64,000 nt of DNA from Eledone cirrhosa (taxonomy: Eukaryota), in NCBI GenBank assembly GCA_964016885.1, contig OZ024742.1, positions 306,094,001 to 306,158,000 of the forward strand, written 5' to 3'. Both the position numbers and the translations under genes were made by a program. This document shows positions 53,249 to 64,000 of the stretch, piece after piece (the first letter of the stretch is position 1; each line of letters opens with the position of its first letter). Under the pieces are notes generated by a model that ran no database searches, had not been told where the DNA came from, and was given only the letters and a program-made list of their open reading frames with translations.

Positions 53249-54954
53249 AGTGTGTGTGTGTGTGTGGGGGGGGGGGGTGATGTGAGTGTGTTCTGTATAT
53301 GTGTTTCGAAGTGTGCATATGTACGAATTAGTATGTTGACGGAATATTTGTATCCATAAGGTTATTTAGTTCTTGGTTGGTAATTGTTCAGTATAGCAAT
53401 TGAGACTGGTATATAAACATGTCAGTGTATCCTTAAATATAAGAATTATGACATCTTGTATATGTGCCTGCAGAGTTCTTATTACTGTTTTTGTTCTCTA
53501 TGTATTTGTTTGCATCCTTCCTTATATTTTGTAATGTGTGAATCAGGCATGAGCAAAACTTTACAAGCAGTTGGCGGCCTGAGATATGGCTGGTTGGTCA
53601 TAATTACAAGGTTATTTCTAATTAAGCGAGCCATCCAGGAAACCAAACGAGCCGCAGTGTGTTTGTAACTGACTTAAATGATATTGCGTTAGTCTTTATT
53701 TGTCCATGCGAATAGAATTCTATTGCATATCTGCATTTCGGAAATGCGACGTTTTGTGAGTTTTCATATATAGAAATTTCAATGGTGTTAGGTGAGTATA
53801 TAAAATTGACGTATATTACTCTGTATATGTGTGTTTCTGAGTTTTCCTAAATGTGTGGTATTTGAGTGTATTTATAGGTGTGCAGCACTTAACGAATAGG
53901 TATTGTAGTCTTTATCTATATTCGTTTTTCTATATATTTGCAAATTTTATATCAATGAAGAAAGAGCCTGGAATTATTCCATTCACTGAAATTTAGACAT
54001 CACCTGAGCAGTAATAGATGTACATTTCGTTGTATTTCCAGAATTTGAATTCGGTATGTTAGGAATTTTAATAATGAAATGGTTGATAGTCTCATATTGA
54101 ATGAATCTTAGAAAAGTTTTGCATATTTTTACAATTCTTCTTACATGGTGAGGTTGTAAAGAGTGTGTTAGCTGCTATTGGCTGAAAACCGCAACTTTTT
54201 TCAGATTGTCACAGAGGCATTTACCAATGTGCACCTGTAATGATCGGTATCGATGTGAATTTATAATATGCCTAGTGAAGGAGGAGATTTCGAAGCAGTT
54301 GTCTGTAATCTTCCACGCTATTATAGATTTTTGAGATGAATGTTTATATCGGTAGGACAGCAGAGCATATGACAGTGCAGAATATTTATTATCTGAACTA
54401 ACCAATTGTATTAGATTTTCATATTTGAATTTGTTGGACAATGTTTTGGAAATGCTATACAGATTATTTTAGATTACTTTTGTTAACCCACCAGTTCTGG
54501 GATTGTATTGACAATCTCCAAAACGTGTCTACGTTTGGCACTATGACACACTCCTTCCATATGGTTTGGCGATAACACATATCACATGGAAGCTTTCAGA
54601 ATGTGTGCGTGTTTGTAAGTTTTAAAATATATGAAACTGCCTCACTCTACAGATAAGTCATGCACGCCAAATGTTGGTATCAGTATTAATATTGAGAATG
54701 TATAGTGGGATACAGTTTTGTTAGAAGAAGAAATCTCCGACTTCCATATTATATAGGACTTTCTATCTTTCTTCAAAGTACGTGTATGATACAATTTGTG
54801 TTCAGTATTGCACTTTTTTTTATATATAAATATACATGCCTATAATTTCATTAACAACCGTTATTATTAATTTGTGTCAGTATTCTTATTTATTCACGCA
54901 TATGATTATATAAAACCAGTGCTCTTTATAGTTCACGAAACGCGTGGCTTTGTC

Positions 54955-55260
54955 ACGATACAGGATTTAAAGTGGGAATTAAAAAGGATTTGGAACTGTT
55001 ATGAGATCAAGGTTGTCTTGAATGTCAGAGGAGCACTAGGTACTATCTCGAAGAGTTTTCAAGAATGGCTAAAGAACATTAGTCCAGCCCCTCTTTTGGA
55101 ACACTTCAAAAGGCATGCTTACTGTGAAGAGCAAGAACCCTCCGCTACGTCCTGGTTATCTCCGGCTGCAGGTAGCGGCTTGATGTTTATTTGAACAAAC
55201 TTTCCAGTTAGATAGCATCAATGAGTGAGAGCCCAAGAGAATAATAATAAGAAGAATAAT
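54955..55260 (+). mobile_element. 3' end of an R4/Dong-like non-LTR element
   Basis: DLKWELKRIW...VV..VRGALGTISK....WL resembles the C-terminus of RLE-clade ORFs; AAT-rich tail near 55240. Confidence 0.6.
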
Positions 55261-56250
55261 AAACATCAAATAACAATACCAGGAAGATTTAAGTAAAAAG
55301 TGTATTAGTATTTGATTAATCGATCTAATAGAAATAGCGGGCAAACGTTCCTAAATCACACTGTACCGCCTTAAATAAATTGTAGTAACATTGGAAAACG
55401 GTACTTTTATTTGTATATATAATGAAAAAAGCAAGATAATCATGGGTAAATTGCCTCTGACCATAGATCTTCTGATTTTGAACTGACCTAGGAAGAACAA
55501 CAACAATTAGAACGTTTACATCAGTAACAATAACATCAATAACAACAACAGCAAAAAGAACTACAAGAGTAATCACAAATCAATAAAACAGAAAAGCACC
55601 ATCATAACAATTAACAACAACTATACATATATTAGTACCAAGAGTAACAGAAACATTAAAAAGAACAGGAAGAACAACGCCATAATAAAAGTGTTCTCCC
55701 TCCACACACAAATCACTTTAAAACGAAAACGAAAAACAGAAACGATGGAATATTTCTCACAGGCTGCCATCAGAGCTCAGTCACAGAAGCCAACTAAAGG
55801 CAGGCGCTTTACTGGGTGAAAAAGATAAAAAGATTATTCGCTGTGTCTTTCCGCCATGTTTCTTTACACCGAAAAAATAGTAAAAATAAAGCAGCTATAA
55901 GAAAATAAAAGGAAAAAAATGGAAGACTTTATTGATTTTCGTAAACATGTAATTTCCCGGATACCGCCATCATAGTATGCAGCAATAAATCGCGTCTTTC
56001 GTGTGGCTTTATTTCTTTGTATTGTTTGAGTGTGTTCTTATTTGTCTTTTTATATTTCATTTTCTTGTTAAATTAATGTTGTTGCTGTTGTGGTCTTTAT
56101 GTTTGCCTTCTATTTTGTTTTTGTCTTTCTATATATGTTCTTTTCTTTATATATTTCTACTTTGTACTTTACATCTGCTTTCAAAATATTCATTAAAATA
56201 TATATATTTATGTTTTTTTTTGCATTATTATTACTATTATTACTGTTGAC

Positions 56251-56825
<575 letters not shown>

Positions 56826-57920
56826 GTCAGTACCGTCAACATCATCGTTATCCTCATCATCTTACTTTTTTCCATTCTCCTTGTTAATATTTATATTTTG
56901 ATTTTAAGTGTTATTATTACTATTATTATTGTTGTTATTGTTGTTACCGTCATTACTGTTATTGTTTGTTATTACACAAACAACGTGCATAATTGTAATG
57001 TTCCTCTCTGTCCTTTTCCTCTTCATTTTAGAATTGGCAGAGGAAAATGTAGTGGAATTTATATTTTGCAGTGTGTTTTAAACTATGTAAACATCTTTGG
57101 ATTTATCAAACATTTGTAGGAAAGACAAAAGCTAACATGGTTAAATGGGTTTGTTTTTCCCCAATTTACATCTCACTAGCGCGGCCAACCAATGAGAAAA
57201 TCAGAATGACTCTTTTGTTTTTAATAGAGAAAATATAATTATCTGTATGACAGAGTGGGGCGTGATACGCATGATGGTAGACCCAACAGAGAGAACACAG
57301 TGATTATTGTATTAGTAATAATATTGTGTGTAGGTAACAAGAATAGCAGCAACAGCAACAAAAGCAACACTGGCAATAGCATTAAAGACATTCCTTGCTC
57401 CATCAGCAACAACAGCTGCGCCTCCTATGATAGATCCAGCAACTTCAACAAAAACAACATCAACAATCGATAACAACCAGAGTAAGAAAAACTAAGACGA
57501 CAACTATAAGAACATCAATAGTAATAACGTCAAAAGAAGCAGTAAGAAAGGAAACGACATTAACAAAAATATTGGTGGCGACAGAAGCAAGAGAGGAGAC
57601 GAAAAAGCAATGAAGTAGAAGCAATGGCAGTAGATGCAACAAGAGTAGAAAAAGTAGAAAGAAAATCAACAGTCTGGCAAAGTTCTTATCTACACGCAGT
57701 ACTAGACAGAAGGATTGATGCTTACTTAAATAAAAGGAAAAAATGTAAACAGTTCATGTTGAAATATAAGCGTATTGAAATAAGTCTTAAGATATAAACG
57801 GACATTTATTTGACTATTAAGAACTGAAACAACATTCTGAATACCCTCACTTCGTATTGTAGTGTATATTAATGATCCCCTCCAAAATAAATGGCATACT
57901 ACACGCATAGAATATATAAT

Positions 57921-58295
57921 TGTTTCTACTTTTGGCACAAGGCCAGCAAATTACCCAGTGCATTACTGGTACTTTATTTTATCGACTCCGTAAGGATGAA
58001 AGGCAAAGTTAACCTCGGCGGGATTTGAACTCAGTCCGTAAAGGGACGTAACTATGCTGCAAAGCATAACGTCCGACCCTCTACCGATACTGCCAATCCA
58101 CCGCATAGAATATATAATTGTTTCTACTATTGGCACAAGGCCAGCAATTACCCAGTACATTACTGCTACTTTATTTTATCGACCCCGATGAAAGGCAAAG
58201 TTAACCTCGGCGGGATTTGAACTCAGAATGGCAAGGGCCGTAACTCTATGCGTCAAATCATGGTGTCCGACCCTCTACCGATACTGCCAATTCAC
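57921..58295 (-). mobile_element. Two head-to-tail SINE copies separated and flanked by the same 17-mer
   Basis: CGCATAGAATATATAAT at 57904, 58102 and 58296. Confidence 0.9.
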
Positions 58296-58681
58296 CGCAT
58301 AGAATATATAATAATACATAGCTATGATATATAATTACACTGCAGTGTATTATACTACAAAGCTAGGATATATATTTAAAATGTAGTATTTATACTACAC
58401 AGTTTTGATATATTGTTACACTGCAGTGTATTATACGGCACAGCTAAACACTATAGTGTATACTACATAACTATGATATATAATTACAAGGACATATAAT
58501 TACATAGCTACAATATGTATTGCTACAATGTCGTACTTTTTATACATTACACATTTAAAATGTGCCATAAGATTGTACTCTATAGAGTTGGGAAATTACA
58601 TATCTCCATACTCTCTCTCTGCATCTATCCATACATTGTGTACACTCATGATTAGTAGTCTCCCCGGTCTCAGTACCGCAG

Positions 58682-58784
<103 letters not shown>

Positions 58785-58839
58785 ATTTCTCCCTCTCTGT
58801 ATATATATGTGGGTACCCCCGTTTGAACCCGGGATACAT

Positions 58840-58889
<50 letters not shown>

Positions 58890-59364
58890 GTATTGATCGG
58901 GTCATCAGCGACTAAACCGGCAACCCCACCAGGCTTGCTTGGTGAGGAGGGTGATATTTGGACACTCTGTGGGATGAAATACAAAACCCGGCAAAGGGCG
59001 GAGCAACTCAGCAGAGTCAACGGACATCCAAAATGTACTTTTCTTTTTCACCTGGGTGTGAAAGGCCCCCAGTTTTTGTCACAATACATTTCTAAGAAAG
59101 GGAAGCTATGAAAAATTAAAAAAACCTGCAGCTTCGGAAACATCCGATGATGTTGACTAGTTGTCATTTTCGGGTAGTGTTTTCGATGTTCAGGGAGAGG
59201 GATTGGTCGAGTGCACGGCCTTTCCCCACTTAAGAATACTTCAAAGCACAGGCATTGCTTGTTCAGGATATGTTACAGGTGCATGGGGCTGGCGGTAGTG
59301 ACCTAAAAGTGCACCATTTTCTGTAATCTGGCAAGAGATTGCAATAGTCCTAGCAGAGTTTGAA

Positions 59365-59994
<630 letters not shown>

Positions 59995-60562
59995 AATGTG
60001 TGTGTGTGTGTGTTTTAGTATATATATAATGGGTCTCAACTCATTTTTTTAACAGGTGTTACATACAAGGCATTAGTGTTCAGACCGAAGATATGGTATA
60101 TGATACACAATAAAGTTGCCTAGTAGTGCAGCTAGATACGAAAACACCTGATTATGAAGTAATATGCTTAACAGCAGCGCCATCCCGTCACTTGTAGGAA
60201 AGATATATCATGATAGTTATTGAAAGGAAAAGAAAAATGAGAATCGAGAAATAAAGATTACAAGAATTATTCTAAGCTCTGACTAAAATTCCGTTTCGGA
60301 ATTTCAGAGTAATTATAATTCATTATTCTTTGTCAAATTATTGAGTGCTGTAATTACTAATTATTAAATATTGAATTATTAGTGCTGTTAATGATTCCCC
60401 ATCAATTGATTTTGCTGAGGATATTGGCGTTGTCTCGATGTCAAGTTTATAATCGTATGTAATCGCACATATCTCTATATATGTGTGTGTTCATAAACAC
60501 ACACATATATACACTCATACATAAAGGTGTCTTTATGTCTATATATTTCATATGTATATGTG

Positions 60563-60624
<62 letters not shown>

Positions 60625-60864
60625 TGTGTGTGCGTATGTGTATGTGTGCGTTTACGTGTGATTGTGCATAATGCAATATAAATGTATTCGACTTCTCCAC
60701 AGACAAGAAATATATATTTATTGATAATAATTCCTATCAAATCTCTTTATATTGCTAGAGTGAATTACCGAATGAGACATAGTTGATTTGTCTGTGGTAG
60801 ATAACAATTTATTCTACTTTTAGAGCATAGCCAGTCATCTGAAGGGGAGGGGAAATTGCGTGTG

Positions 60865-61002
60865 TTACAGGTACTTTCTTTTATCAAGTCCGTATAGATG
60901 AAAGGCAAAGCTAAATTTGCTAGGATTTGAACTCAAAAGGTAAATGAACGTAACTCTATTCCATAAAGAACTTTGTCCAATTTTGTCCCGATTCTGCCAA
61001 TA
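60865..61002 (-). mobile_element. Decayed tRNA-derived SINE
   Basis: ggtacttt...gatgaaaggcaaag...ggatttgaactca...ctgccaat. Confidence 0.65.
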
Positions 61003-61106
61003 CTAGTAAAATGTTCATAGTCGTTTTAAAAAGTATACGATTGCTCAAAGATTATAGAATACCACGGAATACATATGTTTTGGAACTGTAACATTGTTTG
61101 ACACTT

Positions 61107-61325
61107 TCTCTTCTTCTTCTTCTTCTTCTTCTTCTTCTTCTTCTTCTTCTTCTTCTTCTTCTTCTTCTTCTTCTTCTTCTTCTTCTTCTTCTTCTTCTTC
61201 TTCTTCTTCTTCTTCTTGCTTAACGAGATCGGAGTCACCCTAAGCCAGTGATGCCAAAGCATCGTTGTGCGTAAAGCCGACCAGGTCCACCAGCACCCTC
61301 CATCGCCAGCTTCTCTGAATCCTTA
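61107..61325 (-). mobile_element. Possible RTE-like LINE 3' end with (AAG)n tail
   Basis: Long (CTT)n joined to a GC-richer segment translating RWRVLV on -. Confidence 0.4.
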
Positions 61326-62016
61326 CTCTTGGGGCAGTGTAAATACCCATATATATTACAGTAGGTTATGACTCAGGTGAGAATATGTTTGAAATCTACA
61401 TTGATTAAACAAGAAGAGATAAAATAAAAATGTTAACTCAACGAAATGTTCGAGAGCTAAGGTGTATGAACAATTAAGTCAAACATGGACCCCACAGATC
61501 TGGACTAAAAGCAGAAACAGAAAGGCATGTATAATTCCTGGCAAAAAAAGAAATATAAAAACCGGAAAATGAAAACGAATTCTTAAACCAAATGCAGAAT
61601 ATTCACCCAGCATAATTGCACGGTTGAAAACACATTCGGCTGCCACGACGTGAGATGATTTAATATATGCATAGACATGAACGAGTTAGCAGGTTTATCC
61701 ACAAGATATTATGTTATGATCTTGAAGAGAAAACAAGCAACAATTCCTGTAAACTTGTACAAATAATGGCAATTTGAAACAACATAGCAAAATGAATATA
61801 GGATTTATGCGAGTGAGTGTGTTAGATATCACTAACTAAGGTTGCCAGCATGGTATTGAAGATCCTATAATGTCCATTTTTTTTTCTCTAAAACACCAAT
61901 TGTAGACGTTTTCTGCAGACGTGTGTGTGGTGTATGCCTATATATTTTATGTATATTACCACTACATCTCTATGGCCGTGGTCCTATTGGGTATCTATAT
62001 ATATATATGTACACTA

Positions 62017-62074
<58 letters not shown>

Positions 62075-62082
62075 GCACACAT

Positions 62083-62130
<48 letters not shown>

Positions 62131-63133
62131 TGACAGATACATCGAGAGCTAGAGAAAAAGAAGGATAGAGGGGGAGAAAAGGGGAGGGAGAATGAGAAAA
62201 GGAAAGATGAATAGATACATAGATGTACATACCTATCAATATGTGTATTTTGAATTCGCAGATATTTATTTATGGTGAAAATTTATTTTTATATAAGGGA
62301 ATATGTGTACTTCATATTATGTGTGTTTATACAAATAGAAGTAAAAAATATATACCTCATGGGATTTTATTTCGATATTGTTATTATTGACAAAACATTT
62401 ACATACATTAATGTCTAGTCTCCTAACATATATACGCAACTTGAATATGTGTGCATGTGTGTATGTGCGTGTTTGTATATTTACGTATATCCATATATAT
62501 GCGTGTGTGTGTGCGTTTGTGTGTATGTATATTTATATGGATATGCATGTGTGTGTGTTTATGTGGATATGTGTGTTTCCCTATATATATATATATACAT
62601 ATATATATAGAGAGAGAGAGAGGGGGGGGGGATGCGAATGGTGTGGAAACGTATAACTCGATAAATAATAATCATATCCACATATATTCACACAATTTCA
62701 CACCTACATAACCTTGTATAAGCCCCACACACATAGCCACACACATATGTGTACACATTTATAAATATATACACACACACGCACACACACAAACACACAG
62801 GTAAACATCCCTTTCTATTCAAATATATATATGTTATATCTTTGTGTGTACATATTTTCATGTATGTATTTTTTCTATAGGTGAGATGATATAACTATAA
62901 ATATATATATTTACGCGCAATATACGTGCCGATGAATAATGCGTTATACGAAACAAGTAAGGAAATTTTTGAACAAAACACACAAAATTAAACAAAAATA
63001 ATATAAGAAAATAACAAGAATATTTGAAAGTTTTTACACTTCACAGTTCATTCTTCTCATTGCTAAGGCATCTAATATGAGCGCACAAACATCACACTTT
63101 TGTACACATATATTTATATATAGAGGGATTTAC

Positions 63134-63224
<91 letters not shown>

Positions 63225-63543
63225 CATGTATATGTACACATATAAATATATCCACACTAACACTCATACACACAGAAATATATATGTCTATATATATATA
63301 TATATATAACGTAAGATTTTACATCACTGAATAAACTCACCAAAATTTGATCGGATCAAAAATTCTCTCTAAAAAGTAATAACGAATATAAAATAAATAC
63401 AATTTGGAACATTTCATAAGAATCCACCTTATATATTTATTTATGTATTCATTTATTTATTCATATTTATTAAATTCTATTTATATTTATTTATATTTGC
63501 ATTTTACTTGCCCCCATTATTTGTTCTATCGAGTTTACGATTT

Positions 63544-63584
<41 letters not shown>

Positions 63585-64000
63585 GGGTACTTTGCTTTTT
63601 AGTTCATATGTTCGTATGTTTCTGTGAATACCTCTATATGCGTATAGGTTCTTGTGTTTGCGCAAGCCTGAATGTGTCTTCACGTAAGTCTGTGTCTATG
63701 TGAGTGAGTGTTAAAGAACAATTTTTCTTGGTCGATTTGCTGCATATAGGAAAAATATCTTTTGAAATATTTCGTTAAAGACGCCTATTTGAAACTGTCT
63801 ACTAAATAATCTGTTTTGTTTCCGTGTTGTTTAGCATCTCATACATTCTCCCCCTCTCATAATCATCTTCTCTTCCTCTCCCCTATCTCTCTCACTCTCT
63901 CTCTCTCTCCCCCTCTCTGTTGTATATATATATATATTTATATATATATATATATATATATTCTCACTGACTATTGGCTAACATATACTTATTTCTCTCC

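Noticed and set aside
52890-54450. Candidate host exons (acceptor-like CAG at about 52909, 53472 and 54204; ORF 54175-54441)
   Set aside because: No protein similarity or consistent donor/frame chain; cannot be supported without RNA data
57175-57270. CCAAT, TGACTC and GGGGCGTG promoter-like cluster
   Set aside because: Short motifs expected by chance; no associated gene

Overview
AT-rich, repeat-saturated eukaryotic DNA, probably cephalopod/octopus (inferred from the SINE families and the (TA)n/(CA)n load). No host protein-coding gene can be supported, and most entries in the ORF track are microsatellite translations. The window holds at least five Penelope-like retroelements (PLEs; RT plus C-terminal GIY-YIG endonuclease with a CxCx5C-type linker; one near full length at 1981-7233) and one GIY-YIG fragment of another PLE type. 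It also holds an internally deleted Chapaev3-like DNA transposon with TIRs and a TAA target duplication, CR1-, Tx1/L1-, R4- and RTE-like LINE fragments, and tRNA-derived SINEs. The main result from reading the sequence by hand is a set of type I hammerhead ribozymes (HHRs): about 19 well-formed copies in about 10 unrelated (TA)n-inserted families, plus relics. Many have non-canonical cores (U3-A8 covariant TTGAnAA; CAGAAGA), palindromic stem III, or very large loop II. They sit in fold-back insertions, include a non-coding 320-bp tandem unit resembling a retrozyme, and share a downstream motif TYGAGYRCTYT that I cannot match to a described element. All structures were folded by eye; activity and novelty are untested.
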